Source: Rhodobacter sp.
Lineage (GTDB): Bacteria > Pseudomonadota > Alphaproteobacteria > Rhodobacterales > Rhodobacteraceae
Length of the DNA: 64,000 bases
NCBI GenBank assembly: GCA_027489175.1
Contig: JAIYAE010000014.1
Location: forward strand, 312,491-376,490
Direction: 5' to 3'
A model generated the notes under the pieces. The model was not told the DNA's origin. It worked only from the letters and a program-made list of their open reading frames with translations, and searched no databases. Each line of letters starts with the position of its first letter. Positions within the stretch are counted from its first letter, which is position 1. Both the position numbers and the translations under genes were made by a program. Shown here in pieces: positions 54,054-63,071 of the stretch.

Positions 54054-54407
54054 TTACTTCAGTGCCGCCGTGACGATCACCTCAACCTTGTAGTCGGGCG
54101 TCGCCAGTTTCGCTTCACCGGTGGCGCGGGCGGGCGTGTGGCCTTGTGGCACCCAGGCATCCCAGACGCTGTTCATGTCGGCGAAGGTGGCAATGTCGGC
54201 CAGCCAGATCTGGGCGGACAGGATCCGGGTCTTGTCGGTTCCGGCTGCCGCCAGGATCCGGTCCACTTCGGCCAGGCATTGCCGGGTCTGTTCGGCAACG
54301 GATGCGCCGGGCTGGCCAACCTGGCCTGCAACCCAAAGGATGCCATTAAAGGCCACAGCCTCGGACATGCGGGCGCCGGTGCCAAAGCGGGTGATATCGG
54401 TGTTCAT
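54054..54407 (-). CDS. RidA family protein
   Basis: ATG at 54407 lies 6 nt after AGGAGG. 117 aa, YjgF/RidA-like (...LWVAGQVG...RILSAQIWLADI...EVIVTAA). Confidence 0.85.
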   Translation of the reverse strand: MNTDITRFGTGARMSEAVAFNGILWVAGQVGQPGASVAEQTRQCLAEVDRILAAAGTDKTRILSAQIWLADIATFADMNSVWDAWVPQGHTPARATGEAKLATPDYKVEVIVTAALK

Positions 54408-54477
54408 CAGGTGCCTCCTAAGGTGTTCGCCGCTTGCTACCCCGTCACCGCGGCAAACGGAAGCGGGATCACCGCGC

Positions 54478-54798
54478 CTAAGGCAGGCGACGGCAGGCAA
54501 ACTGGTCGCCCGTCCTGCCCGAGACCCAGGTCATCCCGGTATCGGTCACCGCCGCCAGGGCGATCACGTAGTTGCCGGGAAACAGAAGCGTAAAATTGCG
54601 CCCGTCGCGGGTGATGTTCCTGATCGGCAGGGTCTGGCTGCCGTTGTTCCAGGTCGTCTCGGTGAAGGTGAAGACCTCAACCTGACAATCCCACGTGCCC
54701 ACAAAGGGATAGGGGTCAACCGGTGGCGCATCATTCACGCAGGCGGCCAAGGCAAGGCCAAGCCCAAGCGCGGCAAGGGGGCGGATCGGGACGGGCAT
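54478..54798 (-). CDS. small lipoprotein (hypothetical)
   Basis: ATG at 54798. Lipobox LGLALAAC, 106 aa, and two further Cys residues. Confidence 0.6.
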   Translation of the reverse strand: MPVPIRPLAALGLGLALAACVNDAPPVDPYPFVGTWDCQVEVFTFTETTWNNGSQTLPIRNITRDGRNFTLLFPGNYVIALAAVTDTGMTWVSGRTGDQFACRRLP

Positions 54799-54885
54799 CT
54801 CTCTGTCCTCCGGCATGGATTGCGGCCGGTTCCAAGGCTACGGCCTTGCCAGCGCAAGTCAACGGTGGACGCGAAAGGCGGGGGA

Positions 54886-54959
54886 TGGAGCGGGTGAAGG
54901 GAATCGAACCCTCGTCGTAAGCTTGGGAAGCTTCTGCTCTACCATTGAGCTACACCCGC
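54886..54959 (-). tRNA. tRNA-Gly (anticodon CCC)
   Basis: The reverse complement reads GCGGGTGTAGCTCAATGGTAGAGCAGAAGCTTCCCAAGCTTACGACGAGGGTTCGATTCCCTTCACCCGCTCCA. It is close to E. coli glyU by eye, with anticodon loop TTCCCAA. Confidence 0.9.
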
Positions 54960-54983
54960 GACGCTGCCTGAGGTATGCCAAGC

Positions 54984-55012
54984 CGCGCCCGCCGTCAAGC
55001 GGCAGGCGCGGT
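54984..55012 (-). other. GC-rich hairpin between the VWA gene and tRNA-Gly
   Basis: 12-bp stem with one mismatch (CCGCGCCCGCCG-tcaag-CGGCAGGCGCGG) and no T tract. It could be a terminator or a processing signal. Confidence 0.35.
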
Positions 55013-55031
55013 GGCAAGCAGTCAAGGCCGG

Positions 55032-56678
55032 TCAAGGCACCTGAAGTTCGGTCCGCTCACCAGCCTTCACGGTCAGCGGCAGCTCGGTCGTCGTCTCGCC
55101 GACCAGGACCTGTACCAGATAGTCACCCTCTGGGGCCGTCAGCGTGGTTTCGGCGGAATAGCTGGTGTAAAGCCGCTCACGATTGCCGGAAATGTCGGCC
55201 TTGGCAGGCAGCACCACCGTTTGCGCCCCTTCAGGGGCCTTGATCGCCATCACCCCGGCATTCAGCACCACTTTCACATCGGTCCGTTCGCCGCCCTTGA
55301 TGCTGAACGGAGTCTCGGCCAGCGCCAGATCCAGCGCAACTTCGGCGACATAATCGCCCGGCGGCAGCGTGGACTGCGCGCCCGACCCGTAGATCGTCTC
55401 GATCCGCTCACGCGAGCCATCAAGGGCCACCTTGGCAGGATAGACCACAACCGAATGCGAGCCGCCTTCGATCATCATGTCCGGGGTGTAGAACCCTTCA
55501 ATCGCGGCAAGCCCGGCCTGGGCGATGATGTCCTGTTCGGTGGTCTTGCCGGCTTCGACCGTGACCATCACCTCCGCCACCGCGATGCCGATGGTCACCC
55601 GCACCGGCACCTCGCCGGCGGGGACGACGGTGACTGTCTTGCCGTAATAGGTCGAGGTATCGCCCCCCGGCAGGGTAAACTGGACGGCGGCGTTATCTGC
55701 AATCGGGGCCGCGGCGTCCAGCTTGGGGTTCAGGATCACCCGGCCCGCGTTCAGGTTCATGACCGGGGTTGCCGTGGCATCGGCGGTCACCGTCACATCC
55801 ATTTCGGCCTTCGCCTCACCCAGGCTGCCGATCAGCCGGTAGGTGCCGGGGTCAAGCTTCAGCCGCGGCTCACCATATTCCGTGGTCAGACGCTCGCCCG
55901 TGGTGCCGTCGGCGTTGATCAGATGCACGGACCAGGGCATGCCTTCCTCGGCGGGGACAGGGTCGCCCTCGGCGGCAAAAACGGCGGTCGGCATAAGGTT
56001 GAATTCAACGGCGGCCACCGGTTCGGGTTCTGGTTCTGGCACCGGGGCGGGTTCGGGTTCGGCGACCACCACGGTCGTCTTCAGCGCCTCGACCAAAGCG
56101 CCAGCGTCCGAGGCCTGGATGTATTTGCCCCCAGTGTTTTCGGCCAGGCAGGCGACCGCGCGGCCCTCTTCCTCGGTCAGGCCAAAGCCCACGACATGGG
56201 CGGTGAAATTGACGCCCGCCGCTTCCAGCGCGGCCCCCAAAGCGCAAGGGTCAGCCTCGCAGGTTTCGATCCCGTCAGTGATCAAGATCACGGTGGCCGC
56301 GTCCTCGGTGTATTTCAGGTCTTCCGCCGCCAGCTTGACCGCATCGGAAAGGGGCGTTTTCCCCAGAAATTTCATCGCATTGGCGGCATCAATGATCGCC
56401 TGGGCCGTTCCAGCTGCCGGCGGCACCACAAGTTCAATGTCGGTGCAGCTGCCCTTTTCGCGGTGGCCATAGGCCATCAGGCCAATCTCAGTCGCGGGGT
56501 CCATGCCCGAGAGGACCGACCCCAGCGCCTCACGCGCGATTTCCAGCTTGGCCCGCCCCTCGATCTGCCCCCACATCGACCCCGAGGCATCAAGGACGAT
56601 GATCGACCGCCCCTCGGCTTGGACGAAACTTGGCAGCATCAATGCCGTCACGGTCAAAAGGGCAGGGAACAGGCGCAT
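55032..56678 (-). CDS. secreted VWA-domain protein with repeated C-terminal beta-rich modules
   Basis: ATG at 56678 lies 6 nt after GGAG. Signal peptide MRLFPALLTVTALMLPSFVQA, MIDAS motif VLDASGSMWG, a PEPEP linker, then four degenerate repeats (L.PG.Y ... TV.AG). Confidence 0.85.
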   Translation of the reverse strand: MRLFPALLTVTALMLPSFVQAEGRSIIVLDASGSMWGQIEGRAKLEIAREALGSVLSGMDPATEIGLMAYGHREKGSCTDIELVVPPAAGTAQAIIDAANAMKFLGKTPLSDAVKLAAEDLKYTEDAATVILITDGIETCEADPCALGAALEAAGVNFTAHVVGFGLTEEEGRAVACLAENTGGKYIQASDAGALVEALKTTVVVAEPEPAPVPEPEPEPVAAVEFNLMPTAVFAAEGDPVPAEEGMPWSVHLINADGTTGERLTTEYGEPRLKLDPGTYRLIGSLGEAKAEMDVTVTADATATPVMNLNAGRVILNPKLDAAAPIADNAAVQFTLPGGDTSTYYGKTVTVVPAGEVPVRVTIGIAVAEVMVTVEAGKTTEQDIIAQAGLAAIEGFYTPDMMIEGGSHSVVVYPAKVALDGSRERIETIYGSGAQSTLPPGDYVAEVALDLALAETPFSIKGGERTDVKVVLNAGVMAIKAPEGAQTVVLPAKADISGNRERLYTSYSAETTLTAPEGDYLVQVLVGETTTELPLTVKAGERTELQVP

Positions 56679-56750
56679 GCGAATCTCCATAGGAAAAATC
56701 TATTCGATGGGCCTGAGCTTGGCCGAAGGGGCAAACCCGATCAAGCCACG

Positions 56751-56789
56751 CAAGACAAAGGCCGCCGGGTGAGTGACCACCCGGCGGCC
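56751..56789 (-). terminator. rho-independent terminator after the fasciclin gene
   Basis: On the minus strand: GGCCGCCGGGTG-gtcact-CACCCGGCGGCC followed by TTTGTCTTG. Confidence 0.75.
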
Positions 56790-56813
56790 CCGCTAACCTG
56801 CGATGGGGGGACT

Positions 56814-57359
56814 TTACATCGCCGGCAGCAGCACGGTGTCGATGACGTGGATCACGCCGTTCGACTGTTTCACGTCCGCGATGGTGACATTGGCGACGTT
56901 GCCCATGCCGTCCTTGATCATCACGACGGCATCCTTGGCCATCACGGTGAACTCACAGCCGCCAACGGTGGCAACCTTGTGCTCGCCGCCATCAGCTTCG
57001 ATCATGCCCATGATGTCGCCCGACAGCGCGTTGGCCGCCACGACGTGGCAGGTCAGGATCTTGACCAGCTGGTCCTTGTTTTCCGGCTTGAGGAGGGTTT
57101 CCACGGTGCCAGCAGGCAGCTTGGCGAAAGCGTCATTGGTGGGCGCGAAAACGGTGAACGGGCCTTCGCCCTGCAGCGTCTCAACCAGACCGGCGGCCTG
57201 CACGGCGGCGACGAGCGTGGTGTGATCGGCCGAGTTCACGGCGTTTTCGACAATGTTCTTGTCTTCGAACATGGCCGCACCGCCGACCATCGGGTTTTCC
57301 GCCAGCGCCATGCCGGTGGTCAGTGCCAGGATCGCGGTGGCGAGTTTGAAAGCTTTCAT
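56814..57359 (-). CDS. fasciclin (FAS1) domain secreted protein, MPT70/MPT83-like
   Basis: Signal peptide MKAFKLATAILALTTGMALA. FAS1 motifs: TVFAPTNDAFAKLPAGTVETLL and NGVIHVIDTVLLP. Confidence 0.9.
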   Translation of the reverse strand: MKAFKLATAILALTTGMALAENPMVGGAAMFEDKNIVENAVNSADHTTLVAAVQAAGLVETLQGEGPFTVFAPTNDAFAKLPAGTVETLLKPENKDQLVKILTCHVVAANALSGDIMGMIEADGGEHKVATVGGCEFTVMAKDAVVMIKDGMGNVANVTIADVKQSNGVIHVIDTVLLPAM

Positions 57360-57410
57360 GATGTCAGTCCCTTCAGATCAGGCGGGCCAATCCCGCCTCA
57401 CACCTGAAAG

Positions 57411-57436
57411 AACGGAAGGGGCAGGGGCGAAGTTTC
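57411..57436 (-). promoter_or_regulatory. candidate ECF-type promoter upstream of the fasciclin gene
   Basis: On the minus strand: GAAAC, a 17-nt spacer, then CGTT, about 50 nt upstream of the ATG at 57359. Confidence 0.45.
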
Positions 57437-57465
57437 AGCCGCCCCGCTCGCTCACGCTTTCGTGA

Positions 57466-58131
57466 TCAAGTATCTGTCCCGACCTCGGCCGTCAGGATCA
57501 CGGGGCCGGTTGGCGTGCCGATGGGTGACCCGCCTGCAGGTTCGATCGACACGGCAAGGGTCCAGCCTTCTGGCGGACGGGGATAGGTGACCATCAGTTC
57601 GGGCGCGTCCAGAAGGCCAAGCGAGACTGGGGCCGCACCGGGCGCGATCAACCACAGCTCATGCACCCGGCCGGGAACCGCCGGCACACCCGCCACGCGC
57701 GTGACCTGCAGCTCATTCCCGAAATGGCGCACTTCATAGGACAGGCGCGCATCGGCCGTGGACAGCACCGCCACCAGCGACGGCGCGGGCGGCACCAGAA
57801 GGGCCAGTCCGAGCAGCACGACCGCCGCAGCCACCGCAGCGCCAGAGACCCAGCGCCAAAGCGCGCCACGCACCCGTGCCGATGCCTTGGCGGCGCGCGG
57901 GAAAAGCCGCGCCTCGATGGCGGGCAGCAGGTCCGGGGCAGGGACCGGGTCAAACCCGTCGTTCAGCCCGTCCAGCCGGGTTTCCCAGGCCGTGACCAAA
58001 GTGGCAAACTCCGGGTCGCGCTTGATCCGCGCCTCGGTGGCGCTGCGTTCGGCCAGATCCTGCACGCCAAGGACGTACTCGGCAGCTTCGGCATCATCCG
58101 CTTCGCGCGGGGTGAGAGGAGCGTCGGTCAT
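57466..58131 (-). CDS. anti-sigma factor, RskA (anti-sigma-K) family
   Basis: The ATG at 58131 overlaps the sigma-factor stop (ATGA). It has a single TM helix. The C-terminal RskA pattern is HELWLIAPGAAPVSLGLL...LAVSIEPAGGSPIGTPTGPVILTAEV. Confidence 0.85.
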   Translation of the reverse strand: MTDAPLTPREADDAEAAEYVLGVQDLAERSATEARIKRDPEFATLVTAWETRLDGLNDGFDPVPAPDLLPAIEARLFPRAAKASARVRGALWRWVSGAAVAAAVVLLGLALLVPPAPSLVAVLSTADARLSYEVRHFGNELQVTRVAGVPAVPGRVHELWLIAPGAAPVSLGLLDAPELMVTYPRPPEGWTLAVSIEPAGGSPIGTPTGPVILTAEVGTDT

Positions 58132-58664
58132 TGGTCCAGACACTCCTTCAGTTTCAGAAGGCTGCGGCGAAGCCAGGTGCGCATGGTGTTCAAGGGCACC
58201 ACATAACGCTCGGCCAGTTCGACGTAGGACAGCCCGCCCAGATAGGCGCCGCGCACCGCTTCGGCGCGGTCAGGCTCCAGCGTGGCAAAGCAGTCGGTCA
58301 TCCGCTTTGCCTCGCCCATGGCGATCAGCCGCGTTTCCGCGCGCGGGGCGCTGTCCTGCACCAGGTCCAGCCCATCATCGCTGGTCGCCTCTGGCCGGGC
58401 GCGCAGCCGGTCAATCGCCAGATTGCGTGCAATCGCGATCAGCCAGGTCATGCCCCGACCCTTGGCAGCGTCATAGCGACCCGCCCGTAACCAAACCCGT
58501 GTGTAAACCTCTTGCAAGGCATCCTCCGCCTCTGCGCGTTCCTTAAGGATACGGAGCAGGACGCCCATGAGTTTCGCGGAAGTGTCACGATAAAGCGCGC
58601 GAAACGCCGCACGGTCGAGCGCGGCGCATTTTTCGATCAGTTCGGCGACAGGATCATCAGACAT
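58128..58664 (-). CDS. ECF (sigma-70 group IV) RNA polymerase sigma factor, SigK-like
   Basis: 178 aa. Region 2: DALQEVYTRVWLRAGRYD...WLIAIARNLAIDRLR. Region 4: LSYVELAERYVVPLNTMRTWLRRSL. Confidence 0.9.
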   Translation of the reverse strand: MSDDPVAELIEKCAALDRAAFRALYRDTSAKLMGVLLRILKERAEAEDALQEVYTRVWLRAGRYDAAKGRGMTWLIAIARNLAIDRLRARPEATSDDGLDLVQDSAPRAETRLIAMGEAKRMTDCFATLEPDRAEAVRGAYLGGLSYVELAERYVVPLNTMRTWLRRSLLKLKECLDQ

Positions 58665-58779
58665 AACGCGACGTTACGGGTTTTCGTCGCAGGCGCAAGC
58701 GCTTCGCTTGCCGTTCGACCGCGTCTTCCCTTTGCCCGGCCAAGCAGCCGACAAAAAGACATGGTCGAACGAGAAGCGG

Positions 58780-60816
58780 TCAGCGCCGCCGCCGACGCCC
58801 ACCGTCGCCGCCCGAGCCTGAGGTGTTGAAGCTGACATCGGGCAGGGTCACGATGCCCATAAGGTTCGGGAACGGGTCAACCGCGTGCGGAATGGCGTTG
58901 GCGTTGACGAAATGTTCCTGAAACTTCGGCTCGATCGCGGTTTCCACCTTGTGAATCTGGTGCACCGTCGCCTCGATGCTGTCGCGGGCCGCCACGCTGC
59001 AAAGCGCAATGCGCGCGCCGGTGCCTGCGGCATTGCCCGCGCTGGTCACCTGGCTTAGCGGCGCATCGGGAATCATGCCCAAGACCATCGCGTGTTTCGG
59101 GCTGATATGCGCGCCGAACGCGCCGGCCAGGGTGACGCGATCCACATGATCCACGCCCATTTCATCCATCAAGAGGCGCGCCCCGGCATAAAGCGCCGAT
59201 TTCGCCAGCTGAATCGCCCGGATATCGCCTTGGGTTACGGAAATCCGCGGCCCGCCATCCGCGCTGCCATCATGGAGGAGATAGCTGTGCGTCCGGCCCG
59301 TCGCCTCGCACCGGTCGGTGCCGGTCTGCTCAGGCCCGCCGATCAACCCGCCTGCGTCGACCAGTCCCGCCAGCCGCATTTCCGCCACCGCCTCGATGAT
59401 GCCGGACCCGCAGATGCCGGTGATGCCGCTGGCCGCCGTGGCCGCCGCAAAGCCCGGATCGTCTGACCAAAGGTCGGACCCGATGACGCGGAACCGGGGT
59501 TCCTTGGTCACGGGGTCAATCTCCACCCGCTCGATCGCACCCGGTGCGGCCCGCTGCCCGCTGGAGATTTGCGCGCCTTCAAAGGCCGGGCCGGTGGGGC
59601 TGGAGCACGCCAGCACCCGGGTTTCATTGCCCAGAAGCAGTTCGGCATTGGTGCCGACATCGACAATCAGCACCATCTCCTTCGACTTTTGCGGTTCCTC
59701 CGACAAGGCCACCGCCGCGCAGTCGGCCCCCACGTGGCCCGCGATGCAGGGCAGGACATAGACCCGCGCATTGCGGTTCATCGCGGTCAGGTCCAGCTCT
59801 CGCGCGTCAAGGGCCATGCTGCCGCTTGTGGCCAAGGCGAACGGCGCCTGGCCGAGTTCGACCGGATCGACCCCCATCAAGAGGTGGTGCATCACCGGGT
59901 TGCAGACGACGACCATCTCATAGATCGACGCGGGGTCCACCCCCGCCTCATCTGCAAGCGATTTCGTCAGGGCATTCAGCGCCTCACGCACGACCGATGT
60001 CATCTCGACATCGCCGCCGGGGTTCATCATCACGTAGCTGACGCGGGACATCAGGTCCTCGCCAAAGCGGATCTGCGGGTTCATCAGGCCCGACGACCCC
60101 AGCACCCGCCCATCCGAGAGATCGCAAAGATGCGCGGCGATGGTGGTGGACCCAAGGTCCACCGCAAGGCCCAGCAGCGGGCCTTCGTGGAAGCCGGGGA
60201 AGATATCCAGAACGCGGGTCTGGGCGTCGTGGTTGCCCTTGTGCAGGACGACCGTGACCTTCCAGTCGCCTTTGCGCAAAGCGGGCTGCAACCGGCGCAG
60301 GACCGACAGGTCAGCGGTCACGCTTTCGACCTGCCATTGCGCGAAAAGGGCGCGGTTCAGCCGTTCGAAATCGCCGGTCGGTTCGTGCATGTCCGGCTCA
60401 TCCACCTCGACGAACACGGCATGGGTGGCGGGGTCCATGACCATCACCCGCTCGGTCGCCGATTTGCGGATCACCTGCTTGTGGACTTGGGATTCGGGCG
60501 GCACGTCAATGACCACATCGCCCATGACCTTGGCCTGGCAGCCAAGCCGACGCCCGTCGATCAGCCCCCGGATGCGCTTGTAGCGATCCTCGACCGAATT
60601 CCACTCACTCAGGGCATCTTCGGCGACCGTCACGCCATGCTTGGAAAACTCACCATAGCCGGGCGTGATCTGGCATTTGGAGCAGATGCCGCGCCCGCCG
60701 CAGACGGAATCAAGGTCCACCCCCAACTGCCGCGCCGCTGTCAGCACCGGCGTGCCAAGCGCAAAGCGGCCACGCTTGCCAGAGGGCGTGAAGATCACCA
60801 GTGCATCGTCGGTCAT
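58780..60816 (-). CDS. ASKHA-domain protein with N-terminal 2Fe-2S ferredoxin domain (corrinoid reductive-activase, RACo/RamA-like)
   Basis: 678 aa. Ferredoxin motif CGGRGICSKCQ...LGCQAKV. ASKHA phosphate motifs AVDLGSTTIAAH and IVDVGTNAELL. The C-terminus ends GSGGDGGRRRRR. Confidence 0.82.
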   Translation of the reverse strand: MTDDALVIFTPSGKRGRFALGTPVLTAARQLGVDLDSVCGGRGICSKCQITPGYGEFSKHGVTVAEDALSEWNSVEDRYKRIRGLIDGRRLGCQAKVMGDVVIDVPPESQVHKQVIRKSATERVMVMDPATHAVFVEVDEPDMHEPTGDFERLNRALFAQWQVESVTADLSVLRRLQPALRKGDWKVTVVLHKGNHDAQTRVLDIFPGFHEGPLLGLAVDLGSTTIAAHLCDLSDGRVLGSSGLMNPQIRFGEDLMSRVSYVMMNPGGDVEMTSVVREALNALTKSLADEAGVDPASIYEMVVVCNPVMHHLLMGVDPVELGQAPFALATSGSMALDARELDLTAMNRNARVYVLPCIAGHVGADCAAVALSEEPQKSKEMVLIVDVGTNAELLLGNETRVLACSSPTGPAFEGAQISSGQRAAPGAIERVEIDPVTKEPRFRVIGSDLWSDDPGFAAATAASGITGICGSGIIEAVAEMRLAGLVDAGGLIGGPEQTGTDRCEATGRTHSYLLHDGSADGGPRISVTQGDIRAIQLAKSALYAGARLLMDEMGVDHVDRVTLAGAFGAHISPKHAMVLGMIPDAPLSQVTSAGNAAGTGARIALCSVAARDSIEATVHQIHKVETAIEPKFQEHFVNANAIPHAVDPFPNLMGIVTLPDVSFNTSGSGGDGGRRRRR

Positions 60817-61220
60817 TCGGGGCTCTCATGCAGGAAACGGTAGTGGATGTCGGCAAAACTGTCGGTGGCGAAGGTGTAGAACCATGTCATCGCGGTCCGG
60901 GCGATGGGCACGCCATGCACGGCCCCCCCGGGGATGTAAAGTGCGACACCGGGGGCAAGGACATGCGGCATTCCGTCAATCATAACCTCGCCCGATCCTT
61001 CGAGCCCAAAATAGACCTCAGCCTCAGGGTGCGCGTGCAGCGCGAAGGTCTCGCCTTCGGCCAGCATGGCCACGCCGCAGACCAGTTCGCAGGTGGCGGT
61101 CTGGGGGGCCGAGATCAAGGTGCGAAACCGGATCGTGCCGCGCGCCGGGTCCTCCCAGCGCTCGTCGGGCAAGGTTGATGCATCGACCCGGGTGGTCGCA
61201 TTCACGGCAGGTGCGGTCAC
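60813..61220 (-). CDS. cupin protein, DddW-like (possible DMSP-lyase-family cupin)
   Basis: GTG at 61220, 6 nt after AGGA; the rest of ORF 60813..61535 looks non-coding. Cupin motifs: LHAHPEAEVYFGLEGSG (HxHx3ExY) and GVALYIPGGAVHG. Its stop overlaps the ASKHA gene start (ATGA). Confidence 0.6.
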   Translation of the reverse strand: MTAPAVNATTRVDASTLPDERWEDPARGTIRFRTLISAPQTATCELVCGVAMLAEGETFALHAHPEAEVYFGLEGSGEVMIDGMPHVLAPGVALYIPGGAVHGVPIARTAMTWFYTFATDSFADIHYRFLHESPE

Positions 61221-61323
61221 GGCTAATCCTATCCTGTGGTGCAGTTGTAGGACTGCGCGACCGCACAGCAATGCCGCAAAGCGGCAGTTCAGGCACGCAA
61301 TCCGGCAGGACCGACCCTCAACC

Positions 61324-62037
61324 TCAGCCCTTCCGTCGCGCGGGCTGTTTCGCGTCGATAAGGGTGATCTTCTGCCAGATCTTGCGCGACAGCGACGCCC
61401 CCAGCACCTCGATGTCATTGACGGCCGAGGCCACGCCCTCTTCCGGCACCGCCTGCGCATAAAGGGCAGCCAGTTTCCCGGTGATCGCAAGAAGTTCCGA
61501 GCAATAGTCGAGATAGCGCGACAGCGCGACCGCATCCATGTCGCGCCGGGGCGAGGTGGCAGTGGGGTGAAAATCGGGCGACAGCGCCACCGGGTCCTTG
61601 GTCAACTGGTGCATGTCGATGACATGGATGACCGAGCGTAAGCCATGCAGCCCCCGCGCCACCCGCCGCGATTTCACCCGCGCCTCAAGCCGCACAAGTG
61701 CCAGAAGGCCGACCCCTGCCAGCAGGGCCGTGTTGATCGCCGCTTCCAGCGTCTCGACCGACAGGGTCGCCGCGCGCCCGACCTGGTTCAGCGGGATCAC
61801 CGACCCGACCCAGACAAAGATCGCCCCGCCCGCCAGCACCACCAGCGCCACCAGCCCGCGCAGCCACCAGATCGGCGGGGTCAGGGCCTGAACCTCGGCG
61901 GCAACCGTGCGCGACAGGGCCACCACCTCGCGCGCGACAAGGGAAAGCCCCCGGTCGGGAAACCTCTCGGCAATCCGCGCCTCCAGCCGTTCGGCGGTGG
62001 CAAGGATCAGGGCAGGGTCAAGCGAGCGAAACGGCAT
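61324..62037 (-). CDS. hypothetical membrane protein (237 aa, two central TM helices)
   Basis: Clean ATG ORF with high GC3 and no recognisable domain. Confidence 0.65.
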   Translation of the reverse strand: MPFRSLDPALILATAERLEARIAERFPDRGLSLVAREVVALSRTVAAEVQALTPPIWWLRGLVALVVLAGGAIFVWVGSVIPLNQVGRAATLSVETLEAAINTALLAGVGLLALVRLEARVKSRRVARGLHGLRSVIHVIDMHQLTKDPVALSPDFHPTATSPRRDMDAVALSRYLDYCSELLAITGKLAALYAQAVPEEGVASAVNDIEVLGASLSRKIWQKITLIDAKQPARRKG

Positions 62038-62127
62038 GGGCCACAGTCTTAACAGGAACGCCCGCGAAATCCTGCGGAAAATGCATCAGACCCATGGCGC
62101 CTGACCGACCCGTTGCCGCAAAGGCCC

Positions 62128-62174
62128 TAGTTTCTTGAGGAAGAAATTTGTTAAAATCCTTCCTCAAGGATTTT
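62128..62174. repeat. AT-rich double-hairpin element, copy D (inverted orientation)
   Basis: TTTCTT-gagg-AAGAAATTTG tt AAAATCCTT-cctc-AAGGATTTT, with complementary loops. The TGA stop of 62164..62946 lies in the second loop. Confidence 0.85.
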
Positions 62175-62946
62175 GGTCCGCGCGGGAATCCAGCGTTTGC
62201 AGAAAAGCCTCTGCCTCCGCATCGGCCGGGAACATCAGCTCAATCTTCATGTCGGCTAGCGCCACTTCCTCTGCCGAGCCGAACTGCGCATAGGTGGAAA
62301 AAAGCGGCACCCGCACCGCCCCCATCCGGTAGATCGTTGGCACCACGGCCCGCGCCGGCCCCTTTGGCTGAAACCCCGCGATCTGCGGGTCGCAGGCCAG
62401 CACCGCCGCCGCCCGGTCAAGCTCTGCGAGCCCGCCGGCCCGCGCGCTTTCGGCCCGCAGGCGCAACAGCGTGTGATGGCCGACCTCTGGCCAGTTCTCG
62501 ATCAGGGTGGCGAACAGCGACAGGTCCGCCAGCGCCTCCAGTAGACTTGCCCCTGCCTCAAAACCCGCCGGGCCGAAGATCCGCTTGGCCGGGCCGTTCA
62601 GCGCCACAATACGCCAAAGCCGGTCCATGATGATGGCGGGGTAGGGGGCGTGGCGCTGGATCGTCCAGTCCATCGCGCGGCGCACCTCGGCCATTCCTGC
62701 CGCATCCAGCCCCAGCACCGGAAACTGGGCCGAAAATCCGGCCGCCCCCAGCATCCCGTTCGCCTCGGCCCTTGGCAGGCCCAGCACTTCGGCCAGCCGC
62801 AAGACCATCCCGCGCGACGGGCGGGCGCGGCCGGTCTCCAGAAAGGCAAGGTGGCGCGCCGAAACCCCCGCCTCGACCGAAAGCTGCAATTGGCTCAGCC
62901 GCCGCGCGCGCCGCCAATCCTTCAACACCACCGGAAAATCCTGCAT
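62164..62946 (-). CDS. XRE-family HTH regulator with MmyB-like ligand-binding domain
   Basis: ATG at 62946 lies 8 nt after AAGGAG. The HTH is LKDWRRARRLSQLQLSVEAGVSARHLAFLETGRARPS, followed by an MmyB-like C-terminal domain. Confidence 0.82.
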   Translation of the reverse strand: MQDFPVVLKDWRRARRLSQLQLSVEAGVSARHLAFLETGRARPSRGMVLRLAEVLGLPRAEANGMLGAAGFSAQFPVLGLDAAGMAEVRRAMDWTIQRHAPYPAIIMDRLWRIVALNGPAKRIFGPAGFEAGASLLEALADLSLFATLIENWPEVGHHTLLRLRAESARAGGLAELDRAAAVLACDPQIAGFQPKGPARAVVPTIYRMGAVRVPLFSTYAQFGSAEEVALADMKIELMFPADAEAEAFLQTLDSRADQNP

Positions 62947-63071
62947 GCGCACCGCTCCTTTTCCCCTTCCTAGCGCAGCGGCGGAGGCATTTCACTTACC
63001 TTGCAGGGAATTGGATGCCCGTTGGGACTCAGGCTTACCTGCCGCCATCACCAATGATGGAGGACAACGTG

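Noticed and set aside
54975-57407. 810-aa plus-strand ORF spanning the VWA and fasciclin region
   Set aside because: It is antisense to two genes that have signal peptides and clear VWA and FAS1 motifs. It crosses a terminator and an intergenic promoter region and is Gly/Arg/His-rich.
59569-60843. 424-aa plus-strand ORF
   Set aside because: It is antisense to the ASKHA/2Fe-2S gene and has no domain signature.
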